The notes under the pieces: generated by a model
Seen by the model: the letters and a program-made list of their open reading frames with translations, nothing else
Database searches by the model: none
Told to the model about the DNA's origin: nothing
Shown: piece after piece, positions 9,929 through 20,223 of the stretch
Numbering within the stretch: the stretch's first letter is position 1
How the letters are laid out: each line of letters begins with the position of its first letter
Source of the DNA: Chthoniobacteraceae bacterium
GTDB lineage: Bacteria > Verrucomicrobiota > Verrucomicrobiia > Chthoniobacterales > Chthoniobacteraceae
Direction of reading: 5' to 3'
Assembly (NCBI GenBank): GCA_040081625.1
Contig: JBEBGD010000023.1
Coordinates: forward strand, 1-61,309
DNA: 61,309 nt
Position numbers and translations under genes: made by a program

Positions 9929-11347
9929 TTACGCCTTCGCTGCCGAGTATTCCCAGCCTTTGCGATAGGCGGCGCGCTTGATGAACTTGCGCGCCTCGGC
10001 CATGCCGACGACTTCGAGCTTCTTCGAGTCCCACTCGAGGCGTTTGCCGGGGTAGTGCATGGCCAGGCCACCGACGAGCGTCAGCTCGGTCAGCGGCGCC
10101 GAGTAATCGAACTGCGACATGAACGGGAACGCTTTTCCGTTCTTGATCGCCAGCGTCCACTCCTCCTGCGGATTGCCGGCCTTCGGGCTGCGCGCGAGAG
10201 TCTGCGCCGGCGGGCTCGCCAGCACGGCTTCGCGGCGCGCAAGGGGCCAGATCTGCGGGTTCTTGGCCTGGTCGCCGGGATTGTAGATTACCCCTTCGCT
10301 GCCGACGATGAACCAACCGCCGACGGGCATCTTGCCATCCTTTTTCGCGTCGGCATTCTTCAAGGCCTCGGCTTTGTCGATCGCCTCCGGCAGCTCGGGC
10401 ACATACGGCGAGCCGTCGGGTTTCTTGCCTTCATACCACGTCAGCGTCACGTCGCCGTGGCCCTTCACTTTTGGAAACTCCATCTTCACAATCGAGCCCG
10501 TCGGCCATGCGATGTTGGTGAGGTCATCGACCTGGGTGGCGGTGGCGAAGCGCGGCACGCCGAGGTCGAGCGCCCACGACGCGGCATCGATGAGATGGCA
10601 ACCCATGTCGCCGAACGCGCCCGCGCCCCACTCGAGAAAGCCGCGCCACTTGAACGGATGGATGTCCGGCGAGTAGTCGTGATCGGGCGTGGCGGCAAGC
10701 CAGAGCGGCCAGTCGAGCGCGGCGGGGATGTCGCCCGGCTTGAATGAGACCGCGTTGCCTTGCGGCCAGATCGGACGGTTCGTCCACACGTGGACTTCCT
10801 TCACCTTGCCGATGACGCCCGCCGCGAGCCATTCCTTGACGACGCGATTGTCGTCGTAGGTGTGGCCCTGGTTTCCCATCTGCGTGATGACGCCCTTTTT
10901 CTTCGCGGCGTTCTGGAGTTCGCGGCACTCCCAGAGCGTGTTCACGAGCGGCTTCTGCACGCACACGTGCTTGCCGCGCGAGATCGCATGCATGGCCGCG
11001 GGGAAGTGCGCGTGGTCGGGCGTCGAGACCGTCACCGCATCGATGTTCTTCATCTCGTCGAGCATCTTGCGGAAATCGGTAAACTGTTTCGCGTTCGGAT
11101 ATTTCTCCGCGGCCTTCGCGAGCGTGCCCGCATCGACATCGCAGATGGCGACGATCTCGTTCTCCTTCGCCGCGCCTTCCATGTCGGAGCGTCCCTTCCC
11201 GCCGACGCCGATGCACGCGATGCCGAGCTTCCTGCCTGCGGGCGTTTCGTCGGCGCGGAGCAGGAGATTCGGGAAGACGATGCCGCCGGCGGCGGAGAGG
11301 CCTTTGATGAATGAACGGCGGGAAGTGCGGAGGGTGTAGGGAGACAT
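9929..11347 (-). CDS. Gfo/Idh/MocA family oxidoreductase, Tat-exported
   Basis: SRRSFIK, IGVGGKG, VSTPDHAH, HVCVQKPL, GDMGCH. Confidence 0.92.
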   Translation of the reverse strand: MSPYTLRTSRRSFIKGLSAAGGIVFPNLLLRADETPAGRKLGIACIGVGGKGRSDMEGAAKENEIVAICDVDAGTLAKAAEKYPNAKQFTDFRKMLDEMKNIDAVTVSTPDHAHFPAAMHAISRGKHVCVQKPLVNTLWECRELQNAAKKKGVITQMGNQGHTYDDNRVVKEWLAAGVIGKVKEVHVWTNRPIWPQGNAVSFKPGDIPAALDWPLWLAATPDHDYSPDIHPFKWRGFLEWGAGAFGDMGCHLIDAASWALDLGVPRFATATQVDDLTNIAWPTGSIVKMEFPKVKGHGDVTLTWYEGKKPDGSPYVPELPEAIDKAEALKNADAKKDGKMPVGGWFIVGSEGVIYNPGDQAKNPQIWPLARREAVLASPPAQTLARSPKAGNPQEEWTLAIKNGKAFPFMSQFDYSAPLTELTLVGGLAMHYPGKRLEWDSKKLEVVGMAEARKFIKRAAYRKGWEYSAAKA

Positions 11348-11411
11348 AAAGGATTCTTTCTGGCCGCCCGGGCGGCGCGTGTCATTTAGAATCTGCGGCG
11401 GCGCGGAATCC

Positions 11412-11663
11412 TTAGCCGCGAGCTAGTTCGTCGTCCTCGATGATATCGAGAAACGCCCGCTGGCCGTGACGCGATGAGGCTGCATTGAGCAGGCTGCGGA
11501 TGGCGGTCAGCGTCAGGCCGTGTTTGCCGACGACCTTGCCGATATCGCATTTGCGCAGCCGCAGCTTGAAGATGATTTTTTTCGGCTGCTCTTCGTGGGT
11601 GAGGAGGATGTCGTCGGGATAATCGACAAGCTGACGCAGCACGAATACGAGGAACTCCTGCAT
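11412..11663 (-). CDS. KH-domain RNA-binding protein (KhpA/UPF0109-like)
   Basis: 83 aa; LVDYPDD and DIGKVVGKHG (GxxG loop). Confidence 0.85.
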   Translation of the reverse strand: MQEFLVFVLRQLVDYPDDILLTHEEQPKKIIFKLRLRKCDIGKVVGKHGLTLTAIRSLLNAASSRHGQRAFLDIIEDDELARG

Positions 11664-11720
11664 GACTGCACTTCGTAGCGCGGAGGACTCCGCGGCGTCA
11701 ATGCGCCTCGAAAAAATCTG

Positions 11721-12230
11721 CTACGCCCCTTCGTCGTCCCGCAAGTCGTGCCGCAGGTATTCGAGCACGTCCTTGAACTTCGCTTCGTTCTCCGGGTTGG
11801 CTTCGACGAGATCCTGGTGCGCCTCGAGCATCGTCTCGGCGCGCGTCTTCTTGTCCACGTCGTCCGCGGGCAGCGGCTGCTGTGCGGGCTGCTGGCTGGA
11901 GGGCGGCGCGGAGGCGTCGAGCGTCATGAGTTGATCGAGCCCGAGGTTGGTCAGCAGGTCGTGGTTGCGCGTGTTCAAGTGCACGATGCGCAACTCGCCG
12001 CTCCCGATTTCGCGCAGCCGCAGCGCCATGCCGGTGAGTGTGCCCATGAAGGTCGAGTCCATGAGCGGGCAGTGATCCAGGTCCACGACGAATTCGCGGT
12101 AGCCGCGATCGGTCATCTTGCGCGCAAATTCCTTGAGCCCGGTCGCGTTGAGGAACGAGCCTTTTCCATCGACCCGGACCCACACGACGCGGGATGTCGT
12201 GCCGACGAGGATGGAAGGCGTCGAGTTCAT
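11721..12230 (-). CDS. STAS-domain anti-sigma factor antagonist
   Basis: VVDLDHCPLMDSTFMGTL with conserved Ser; C-terminal LEAHQDLVEANPEN. Confidence 0.85.
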   Translation of the reverse strand: MNSTPSILVGTTSRVVWVRVDGKGSFLNATGLKEFARKMTDRGYREFVVDLDHCPLMDSTFMGTLTGMALRLREIGSGELRIVHLNTRNHDLLTNLGLDQLMTLDASAPPSSQQPAQQPLPADDVDKKTRAETMLEAHQDLVEANPENEAKFKDVLEYLRHDLRDDEGA

Positions 12231-12319
12231 GGCCTGTCTTCAGTATTTATATCACGGGCGCCGACACTGCCACTGGACGTTTTCGCGGGTGCCGCGACCG
12301 GCCGGCGACTCAGGGTTGT

Positions 12320-12841
12320 TCAGTTCCAGAGGAAGGACTGATTGAGTGCGACCACTTTGCCGTTTTCGATGATGATCGCGCGCCACGCGGTCACCTTGCC
12401 CTCTTCGTCATAATCATCGCCGATGACGGTGAAGGAAGTCTTCACCGAGCCTTTGACGGCTTTGTATTCGACCTCGCGGGCCTGCACGTAGGCGCCGAGG
12501 TTTTGCTGCCGATACTCGAATCGCACGGTCACATCGGATGGACGATCCGTGCGCCAGAAGAAGTCGTAGTAGTGGCCGTAGCGCTGCCGGCGATCGACCT
12601 GGTTCACGGCGCCGTAGGCGATGCGCTGCCGCTCGAATGCGATCATCGGGTCGAGCGCCGGCTGATTGAGCCGGGGGTCGCGCGGATCGTAGAGGAAGGT
12701 CTTGGTCTTGCGGAACTGGAACGCGTCGTCGATCGCCAGCGGGAGCGCCTTCGCTTTGTCGAGCTTGCGAGGCGGCTCCGCGGCAAAAGTCGCCGACGCT
12801 GCGAGGGCCAGCGTGGCGAGCGCGAGGATGGAGCATTTCAT
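12320..12841 (-). CDS. Secreted hypothetical protein
   Basis: Signal peptide MKCSILALATLALAASATFA; coding-like composition. Confidence 0.75.
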   Translation of the reverse strand: MKCSILALATLALAASATFAAEPPRKLDKAKALPLAIDDAFQFRKTKTFLYDPRDPRLNQPALDPMIAFERQRIAYGAVNQVDRRQRYGHYYDFFWRTDRPSDVTVRFEYRQQNLGAYVQAREVEYKAVKGSVKTSFTVIGDDYDEEGKVTAWRAIIIENGKVVALNQSFLWN

Positions 12842-12902
12842 ACGGGCGCAGACTACCGGCGAATGCTTAATGATGTCAACCAATGCAACGCCCACCTTTC
12901 CG

Positions 12903-13883
12903 ATGATCTCCGTCCGCTACCGCCATGCTGTCGAACTGCCCGAGCACCACCTCTGGCTCGACTCGCAGCGCGCGAAGGATTTCGCCTTCGTCTCCCACGC
13001 GCACAGCGATCATCTCGGCGCGCACGAAGCTGTCATCGCCAGCCCCGGCACGATCGCCTTCATGCGCGAGCGGATGCCCGGCGTGCGCACCGAGCACGTG
13101 CTCGAGTTCGGCGAGACGCGCGCCTTCGACGACTTCCGCATCACGCTGCTGCCCGCCGGCCACATCCTCGGCAGCGCGCAGAGCTTCATCGAGAGCGATG
13201 CCGGCACGCTGCTCTACACGGGCGATTTCAAACTGCGCGCCGGCCTCAGCGCCGAGCTCGCGCAGTGGCGCAAAGCGGACACGCTCATCATGGAGACGAC
13301 CTTCGGCCTGCCGCGCTACGTCATGCCGCCCGCGGAGGAAGTGCTCGCGCAAGTCGTCGCCTTCTGCCGCACCGCGCTCGACGACCGCGCGACGCCCGTG
13401 CTCTTCGCCTACTCGCTCGGAAAGGCGCAGGAACTCATCTGCACACTGCTCGCCGCCGGCCTCACGCCGATGCTGCAAGACTCCACGTGGACCATGACGG
13501 AAATCTACCGAGAGCTGAACCCCGCCTTCCCCGCCGGCTCCGAACGTTTCGACGCGCGCAGCATCGCGGGCAAAGTGATCATCTTTCCGCCGACGGCGAA
13601 GCGCACCGACAAGTTTCAGCGCCTCCCGCAGCGCCGCACCGCCGTCGTCACCGGCTGGGCGCTCGATCCCGCCACGATCTACCGCTACAAATGCGACGCC
13701 GCCTTCGCGCTCAGCGACCACGCCGACTACACCGAGCTGCTGCGCTACGTCGAGCTCGTCCAGCCGCGCCGCGTCCTCACGCTGCACGGCTTCGCGGCGG
13801 AATTCGCGAGCGATCTCCGCGCGCGCGGCGTCGAGGCGTGGGCGATCAACGAAGCCAACCAGCTCGACCTCGCGCTCGGTTGA
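12903..13883 (+). CDS. MBL-fold/beta-CASP exonuclease (ligase-associated DNA-damage exonuclease-like)
   Basis: SHAHSDH, PAGHILGS, YTGDFK, METTFG, YSLGKAQE, LSDHAD, TLHGF. Confidence 0.85.
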   Translation: MISVRYRHAVELPEHHLWLDSQRAKDFAFVSHAHSDHLGAHEAVIASPGTIAFMRERMPGVRTEHVLEFGETRAFDDFRITLLPAGHILGSAQSFIESDAGTLLYTGDFKLRAGLSAELAQWRKADTLIMETTFGLPRYVMPPAEEVLAQVVAFCRTALDDRATPVLFAYSLGKAQELICTLLAAGLTPMLQDSTWTMTEIYRELNPAFPAGSERFDARSIAGKVIIFPPTAKRTDKFQRLPQRRTAVVTGWALDPATIYRYKCDAAFALSDHADYTELLRYVELVQPRRVLTLHGFAAEFASDLRARGVEAWAINEANQLDLALG

Positions 13884-13971
13884 GCGTGCATCGCGACCTC
13901 GCGGCGGGATGCGATTTGGCTGCTGCCATTTTTTTGTCCAAAAGCGTGTGGTGGGGACATACGAACGTGTC

Positions 13972-15546
13972 ATGCGACTCCTCCTCCTCTTCCTATGCGC
14001 CTCCGCCATCCGCGCGGCTGAGCCGTTCGATGTGTGCGTGTATGCCGGCGTTCCGTGCGGCGTGGCGGCTTCGATCGCGGCTTCGCGCGAAGGGGCGAAG
14101 GTCTTGCTCATCGAGCCGACGAAGCACGTCGGGGGATTGAACACGAGCGGGCTGAATACCGCGGAGACCGAGCACATGCTCAAGTGGACCTTCGGCGGCG
14201 TGGCGCGCGAGGTGTATGAGCGCATCGGGCGGCACTACGCGAAGTGGGAGCCGGCGTATTACTTCGAGTCGCACATCGCGGAGAAGGTCTTCAAGGACAT
14301 GCTCGCGGAGGCGAAGGTCGAGGTGCGCTTCGGCGTGCGCGTCGGGAAGGTGGAGAAGGTCGGAGCGCGGATTCGCAGCATCACGTTGAGCGATGGCTCG
14401 ACGGTGGAGGCAAAGGTCTTCGTCGATGCGGGCTATGAAGGCGATCTAATGGCGCGAGCGGGCGTCGGCTACACGTGGGGTCGCGAGTCGCGCGCGGAGT
14501 TCGGCGAGGAGAAGGCGGGCATCTCTTTCGACCCGCCGCGCAAGGCTGCGACGGTGGATGAACGCGGCGGGCTGTTGCCTGGGATCAGCGGATGGGTGCG
14601 CGAGTTCACGGAAGGCGACGGCGACAAGCGCGTGATGAATTACAACTGGCGGCTGACCTTCAGCAACGACCCGGCGACCCGCGTGCCGTTCCCGCTGCCA
14701 CAGCGCTACGATCGCGCGCGCTTCCGGCTGCTGGAAAACTGGCTGCGCGAGAACGGCCACGCGAAGCTCACCGACATCATCGACCTTTACGCGCACGCGC
14801 CGGGTCGCAAGGACAAGCGCGAGGTGAACAACAAGCAGGCGGCGACTATTTCGATCGGGCACTTTGGCGGGCAGTTCGACTATCCCGATGGCGACTACGC
14901 CACGCGCGAACGGATCATCATCGACCACACCGACTACACGCTCGGCTTGCTGCACTTCCTCGCGACCGACGACGCGGTGCCGGAGAAGCTGCGCGCCGAG
15001 ACGCAGCAGTGGGGGCTGCACAAGGAGGAGTTCGCGGACAACGCGAACTGGCCCTACCAGATCTACGTTCGCGAGGCCCGGCGGATGCGCGGCGCGTTTG
15101 TCGTCGCACAGCGCGACGTGACCGACGACCGCCGCAAAAGCGACTCAATCGCGATGGGTAGTCACTTCGTCGATTCGCATCACGTGCAGCGGCTCGCCGT
15201 GTCGCCGACGGAATTCCTCAACGAAGGCCGCATCTGGCTCGAAGGTTGGGCGTATCAAATCCCGTATCGCGCGATCACTCCGAAGCCGGAGGAGTGCGTG
15301 AATCTGCTGGTGCCCGGCGCGGCAAGTTACACGCACGTCGCCTACTGCACGCTGCGGCTGGAGAGCACTTGGATGATGGTCGGCCACGCCGCCGGAGTGG
15401 CCGCCGCGCGCGCGGCGCTGTGGGACAAGACCGTGCAGGACTTGATCGTCGCGAATCTCCAGGAGCGCCTGCGCGCGCAGGGACAGATCATCGACTTCCT
15501 GCCGGGTGAACCCGAGAAGTTCGTGCCGCCGCAGAAAAAGAAATGA
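13972..15546 (+). CDS. Secreted FAD-dependent oxidoreductase
   Basis: Signal peptide, DVCVYAG..CGVAAS, FVDAGYEGDLMA, YVREARRM, YQIPYRAI, LRLE. Confidence 0.85.
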   Translation: MRLLLLFLCASAIRAAEPFDVCVYAGVPCGVAASIAASREGAKVLLIEPTKHVGGLNTSGLNTAETEHMLKWTFGGVAREVYERIGRHYAKWEPAYYFESHIAEKVFKDMLAEAKVEVRFGVRVGKVEKVGARIRSITLSDGSTVEAKVFVDAGYEGDLMARAGVGYTWGRESRAEFGEEKAGISFDPPRKAATVDERGGLLPGISGWVREFTEGDGDKRVMNYNWRLTFSNDPATRVPFPLPQRYDRARFRLLENWLRENGHAKLTDIIDLYAHAPGRKDKREVNNKQAATISIGHFGGQFDYPDGDYATRERIIIDHTDYTLGLLHFLATDDAVPEKLRAETQQWGLHKEEFADNANWPYQIYVREARRMRGAFVVAQRDVTDDRRKSDSIAMGSHFVDSHHVQRLAVSPTEFLNEGRIWLEGWAYQIPYRAITPKPEECVNLLVPGAASYTHVAYCTLRLESTWMMVGHAAGVAAARAALWDKTVQDLIVANLQERLRAQGQIIDFLPGEPEKFVPPQKKK

Positions 15547-15571
15547 ACACCAGCGCCACGGTTCAGTCCCG

Positions 15572-16963
15572 CTATTTTCCGGGCTGACGCTTTTTGACTG
15601 GTTCGGCGACCGGCGCGAGTTCGTAGCGGTGCGGCTTGGGCTGGTTGACCTGATAGATTTCGTCCTCGATGGCTTTGGCCTTCGCGAGGAACTCGGCGAC
15701 CTTCGCCTTCTGCCCGGCATACCACTGCTCGAAGGCCGCTTTCTTCGCGTCGAGGTCCGGCGCGTTCGCCTCGGTGGCCTGCAACACCGCGCGCCGCTGG
15801 CCCTTGAGCTGCGCGTATTGATCGCGCAACGGGTGATAGGCTTCGTCATTGCGCTTCTTGTTGAGCAGCGCGACCTGCATGGCCTGCTGGTATTGGGGCG
15901 TCTTCGGGTTCGTCTCGAGTTCGACGCCCCGGGCGAACTGCTCGGCCGTCCACGTGCCGACCGGCTGGTCGTCGATCTTGAGCTCATATTTGCCGGCCTT
16001 GAGCGTCTGCACGGTGAGCTTTTCGTTGCTGTAGCGATGACCGGCGGCGGCGAGTTTGTAGCCTTCCGCGGCGTCCTCGGGCAGCACCCACGGGAGCGCA
16101 TTCGCGGTGAGGGTGAAGGCGACTTTCGTCGGGCTGGCGCTGAAGCCGGTCGCGCTGCCATTGCCGACGGTGATCGTGGGCTTGCCCGCGCGCTCGGCGA
16201 TCGTGGTCTGCGAGACGGTCGAGCGCGGAACCATGTCGGCGAGGATGGCGCACGCCATGATGACCTGCCCGGCTGGGCCCGGATGGACGGCGTCCCTGAT
16301 CATTGTCCACTTCGGATCCTTCGTGCGCTGCTGGAGCGTGAGCGTGTTCAGCGGCGAATACATATCCACGAAGCCGAGTCCGCGCACTTCCGCCTGCTCC
16401 TGCAGCCACGCACCGTAGAGCGCGAGCACGCCGTTGTAGTAAGTCTCGCGCACGTCGCTCACCTTCGCGGCCTGGTGAATCCGCCGTGCGCGTGAGTCGT
16501 GCATCGTCGGTGTCATCGGCACGGCGACGGCGCCGATCTCCTTGATGCGGTCGAGCACCGCATTCATCCCGGTCTGATAGGTATCGAACACGCTCTGCTG
16601 ATAGTTCGTGTAGCTCCCGTCGTTCATGCCGAGCAGGATGGTCACATACTTTGGCTTGTAAGCGGCCACGTCGTCGTCGAACCGCCGGAGCGCATCCGTC
16701 GCGCGGTCGCCGCCGACGCCGGAGTTGTGGAAGTGAAGCCGCATCTTCGGAAAGCGCGTGTAGTAATAGTCCTCGATGTATTGCGTGTAGAGGCACTGGT
16801 GGGTGATCGAGTCGCCGAGAAAGACGAGCGTGTCGCCGTCCTTGAGTTCGATATTATCCACGATCGGCCTGGGCTCGTAGGCGGGCGCCTCGGGCGCGGC
16901 TGGGGTCTGCGCGAGCGCGGTGAATGGGAGGAGACTGAGGGCGAGGAGAAGGGTGGGTTTCAT
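15572..16963 (-). CDS. SGNH/GDSL hydrolase family protein
   Basis: FLGDSIT, NSGVGGD, LGMND, DAVHP; signal peptide. Confidence 0.9.
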   Translation of the reverse strand: MKPTLLLALSLLPFTALAQTPAAPEAPAYEPRPIVDNIELKDGDTLVFLGDSITHQCLYTQYIEDYYYTRFPKMRLHFHNSGVGGDRATDALRRFDDDVAAYKPKYVTILLGMNDGSYTNYQQSVFDTYQTGMNAVLDRIKEIGAVAVPMTPTMHDSRARRIHQAAKVSDVRETYYNGVLALYGAWLQEQAEVRGLGFVDMYSPLNTLTLQQRTKDPKWTMIRDAVHPGPAGQVIMACAILADMVPRSTVSQTTIAERAGKPTITVGNGSATGFSASPTKVAFTLTANALPWVLPEDAAEGYKLAAAGHRYSNEKLTVQTLKAGKYELKIDDQPVGTWTAEQFARGVELETNPKTPQYQQAMQVALLNKKRNDEAYHPLRDQYAQLKGQRRAVLQATEANAPDLDAKKAAFEQWYAGQKAKVAEFLAKAKAIEDEIYQVNQPKPHRYELAPVAEPVKKRQPGK

Positions 16964-17082
16964 GCGGCGGTGCGGTGGTTAAGCAGGGAGCGCAGCGAAA
17001 CAAAGGCGATTTTCTCAGCCGCGGGACGCCGCGACTTTTCTTTCCATCGAATGAGGCTACGCTCGCGATCCGCTTGAGCCAG

Positions 17083-19656
17083 ATGCCTACTGCCACTTCC
17101 AATGTGAAACCCGCCGCCGCTCCGGTGCCGGTGGAAAGGCGGCTGCGCCCGGGGCGCTGGCTCTTGTTGTTACTGGTGCTTTTGATCGGCTCGCTCGCCG
17201 TGCCCGAAGTTTTTCAGGTCGTCTTCGGCTGGGGGTTGAAGTTCGAGGGCTGGCGCCGCGGCGCGAGTGTGCACATCGAGCGCATCGACGGGTCGCTGTG
17301 GGAGCCGGTGCTGCTCACCCATTCCTACGTGGCGCTCGAGAGCGCGTCGGGCGCGGTCACGCGCGTGGAGATCGCCCGGACCGAGCTGAGCTTTTCCTGG
17401 CAGAGCCTTTTTCAGCGCAACGGCGACCCGTGGCTCCAGCGCGCAGCCTTGCGCGGAGTCGTGGGCAAGGTGCAGATCCCGCTCGATCGCAGCGGTGTGC
17501 GGACGGCATCGCGCTCGTGGAAGCGCTGGCTGCCGCTGCCCGCGCCGTCGGCGCTGGGTTTGCCGGCTGCGGTCGAGGCGCAGGAGATCGACTTCGTCTT
17601 CCAGAGCAATGGCGACTACGTCCGCATCGAGGATGCGAGCTTCGCGGCGAGCACGACCGGAGCGGGGGAGCTGAGTGTGCCGCGCCTGACGATCCGCCAG
17701 CCGTGGCTGCGCCGGAGTTTTCGCAATGTGCGCGGCAAGGCGGCACTGCAGGACGGGCGGCTCGCGCTCGCCGACGTGCAACTCGAGCCCGGCGTGAATC
17801 TGCGCAGCCTCACCGCTGCGGCGGTGCAGCTCGCGAGCGGCCAGCTCGACCTCGACGCGGAGTTCGCCGCGTTCGACGGCACGCTGCGCGTCGAGTCCTC
17901 GACGAAGCCTGCCGGCGGGGGAGCGGTCTTCGAGGCGAGCGGCACTTTCGAGCAGATCAATATCGCGAAGCTCGCCAGCTTCCTCGCGCTCTCCGATGCG
18001 GCGGGTGGCATCATCAAGGACGGCAAGTTCACCTTCCGCGGCCCGCCGCGCGACCTCGCCCGGGCACAGGCGTCGCTGCGATTCGACGCGGTCAATTTCC
18101 AGTGGGAGACGCGCCAGTGGGATTCGCTGACTCTCGGCCTGGTGCTGATGGAGCGCCGGCTGCAAGTGCCGCAGCTCGAATTGCGGCAGGGCAAGAACGA
18201 GCTGCGCCTCAGCGGAGAACTCACACTTCCCGATACGGGCAGGCAATGGTGGCAGGGCGATTTCACGACGACCGTCGATGCGAAAATCGCGAACCTCACC
18301 GAGCTCTCCGCGCTCCTGCTGCCGGAGTTCAAATACGCCGCGGGCAGCGCGACGATCGAGGGCTCGATCCTCGGACGCGGCGGGGAATTCAACGGCCAGC
18401 TCCTCGTCTCCGGCTCGAACCTGACGTGGCGCAACGCGCCGATCGAGACGCTCCACGCCGCGGTGAAGCTCAACGGAAAGGAAGTGCAGATCGCGAACGT
18501 CGAGCTGGTCAATGGTGACGATTACCTGCGCGGCCGCGGGTTGGTGCAGTTCTCAAATCCGCCCGTGTATTGGGGTGAACTGCGGGTCGCGGTCGAGGAT
18601 CTCGCGACCTACGCCGCCTTCCTGCAGAAGCCCGTGCTGCCCGAGCCGCTGGCCGGCGGCGCGATCATCGATTGGACCGGCGAAGGCTCGAAGGAAGGCA
18701 ACAGCGGAACCTTCTCCGCGCGGCTGCGCAAGGTGCGCTCGCTCGGAGCGATGGCGCAGCAGCGTCACCCGATCAATGCGGACCTCAAGGCGACGTATCA
18801 ATCCGAGGCGATGCAGTTCTCGCGCTTCACGCTCAGCGACGACGACTCGGTCTTCACCGCGAACATCGCCGTGGGCGGAAAGGCGCTGCACCTGCGGAGC
18901 CTGCGCCTCACGTATCGCGGCGCGACGCAGCTCGAAGGCGATGCACTGCTGCCGCTCGACGTGTGGCAGCGCTGGCCCGACGTGTCCTTCGCGCAGATGC
19001 TCAGCACGGAAGTCGTCTCGCACGTGAGACTGACCGTCCGTCAGCTCGACCTCGCCGCCGCCGCGAAGCTGACCGGCTGGAACTTCCCGCTCGCCGGGAT
19101 CGTCGATGGAACTTTCGCCGCAGACGGTCCCGCGACGGCGCTCAAGCTCGGCGGGCAGCTCGCGCTGACGAAAGGCCGCGTGCCGCTGGACTGGCACGGC
19201 GAGGTGATCGAGCAGGCGTCCGCGCAGCTCGCGTTTCGCGACGACGCAATGGAGATCGAGCAGTTCAGCGGGCGGCATCGCTTCGGCGCGGTGCAACTCG
19301 GCGGCACGGTGCGGCTCGCAGACGTGCTCGACCCGGCCCTCGCGCTCACGCTTCGCAGCGGGAATGCCGTCGTGCCGCTGTCGGGCGACACGAAGGCGGA
19401 TGCGAAGCTGACGCTGGAGATCTCCGGACCGCTCAGCTCCGCGATCATCCGCGGCGAAGCACTGCTCACTCCGTGGGTTCACGACGTTGCGCCGCGACCC
19501 TTCACGATCGCACCACCGCCGATTCACGTGCCGTCGATCTTCAAGCTCGGCGCCCCGTGGAGTGCCTGGCGTTACGATCTCGGGCTCGTCATCGGCGGCG
19601 AGGGGAGTCGCGTATTCGGCCCGGCGGGCGCCCCGTTGTCGATCGCGCAGCCTTGA
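17083..19656 (+). CDS. AsmA/TamB-like membrane-anchored beta-rich protein
   Basis: Single N-terminal TM segment followed by repetitive beta-strand-like sequence. Confidence 0.6.
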   Translation: MPTATSNVKPAAAPVPVERRLRPGRWLLLLLVLLIGSLAVPEVFQVVFGWGLKFEGWRRGASVHIERIDGSLWEPVLLTHSYVALESASGAVTRVEIARTELSFSWQSLFQRNGDPWLQRAALRGVVGKVQIPLDRSGVRTASRSWKRWLPLPAPSALGLPAAVEAQEIDFVFQSNGDYVRIEDASFAASTTGAGELSVPRLTIRQPWLRRSFRNVRGKAALQDGRLALADVQLEPGVNLRSLTAAAVQLASGQLDLDAEFAAFDGTLRVESSTKPAGGGAVFEASGTFEQINIAKLASFLALSDAAGGIIKDGKFTFRGPPRDLARAQASLRFDAVNFQWETRQWDSLTLGLVLMERRLQVPQLELRQGKNELRLSGELTLPDTGRQWWQGDFTTTVDAKIANLTELSALLLPEFKYAAGSATIEGSILGRGGEFNGQLLVSGSNLTWRNAPIETLHAAVKLNGKEVQIANVELVNGDDYLRGRGLVQFSNPPVYWGELRVAVEDLATYAAFLQKPVLPEPLAGGAIIDWTGEGSKEGNSGTFSARLRKVRSLGAMAQQRHPINADLKATYQSEAMQFSRFTLSDDDSVFTANIAVGGKALHLRSLRLTYRGATQLEGDALLPLDVWQRWPDVSFAQMLSTEVVSHVRLTVRQLDLAAAAKLTGWNFPLAGIVDGTFAADGPATALKLGGQLALTKGRVPLDWHGEVIEQASAQLAFRDDAMEIEQFSGRHRFGAVQLGGTVRLADVLDPALALTLRSGNAVVPLSGDTKADAKLTLEISGPLSSAIIRGEALLTPWVHDVAPRPFTIAPPPIHVPSIFKLGAPWSAWRYDLGLVIGGEGSRVFGPAGAPLSIAQP

Positions 19657-19659
19657 ATC

Positions 19660-20223
19660 TCAACCAAACCGCAGCACGCCGAAACGCTCGGGCGCGTGAA
19701 ACGTCGCCAGCCGTGTCGGAGTCCACGCGCTCAGCTCGCGTTCGCGGTCGCGCGGACGATCGATGCGCGTGAAATTCACGCGCCACTCGCTGCCCACACG
19801 CGGCGGCTCGGCGACCACGCTGGCGAAGGGAATGACCAGCTCCGCATTCCAACCCCCGGGCGTGTGCCCGACCTCCACGCGCAGGTCTTCGCAGTCCCAC
19901 GCGAAGTCCTTGCGATAGCCGCTGCGATTTCGCCGCAGCACGAGATCGAGCACGGTGCCGAGCGGGTTCACCTCGATCTCGAAATAGCACGCGCCATCGC
20001 CGACCGGGTCGAGAAAGACCTCGACGACTTCCTCCTCCCACAGCGGCCCATCGCGCTGCGTGATCGTCGCCCACGGCTCGCGATCGACGCACTCGAATCG
20101 CACGCACAGTGCGCTCGCATCCCACGCGCAGCATACCCCGGTGCCCTGCTCCGGCGCAGTGCCGGAGAGGTTCTCGAGCAGGACGGCTCGCGGACCGAAC
20201 GCGCCGAATCCAGCAAGCAGCAC
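19660..20223 (-). CDS. Carbohydrate-binding family 9-like (DOMON-like) protein
   Basis: LWEEEVVEVFLDP, YFEIEVNPLG, WNAELVIPF, WRVNFTR, FHAPERFG; start uncertain. Confidence 0.8.
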   Translation of the reverse strand: MLLAGFGAFGPRAVLLENLSGTAPEQGTGVCCAWDASALCVRFECVDREPWATITQRDGPLWEEEVVEVFLDPVGDGACYFEIEVNPLGTVLDLVLRRNRSGYRKDFAWDCEDLRVEVGHTPGGWNAELVIPFASVVAEPPRVGSEWRVNFTRIDRPRDRERELSAWTPTRLATFHAPERFGVLRFG

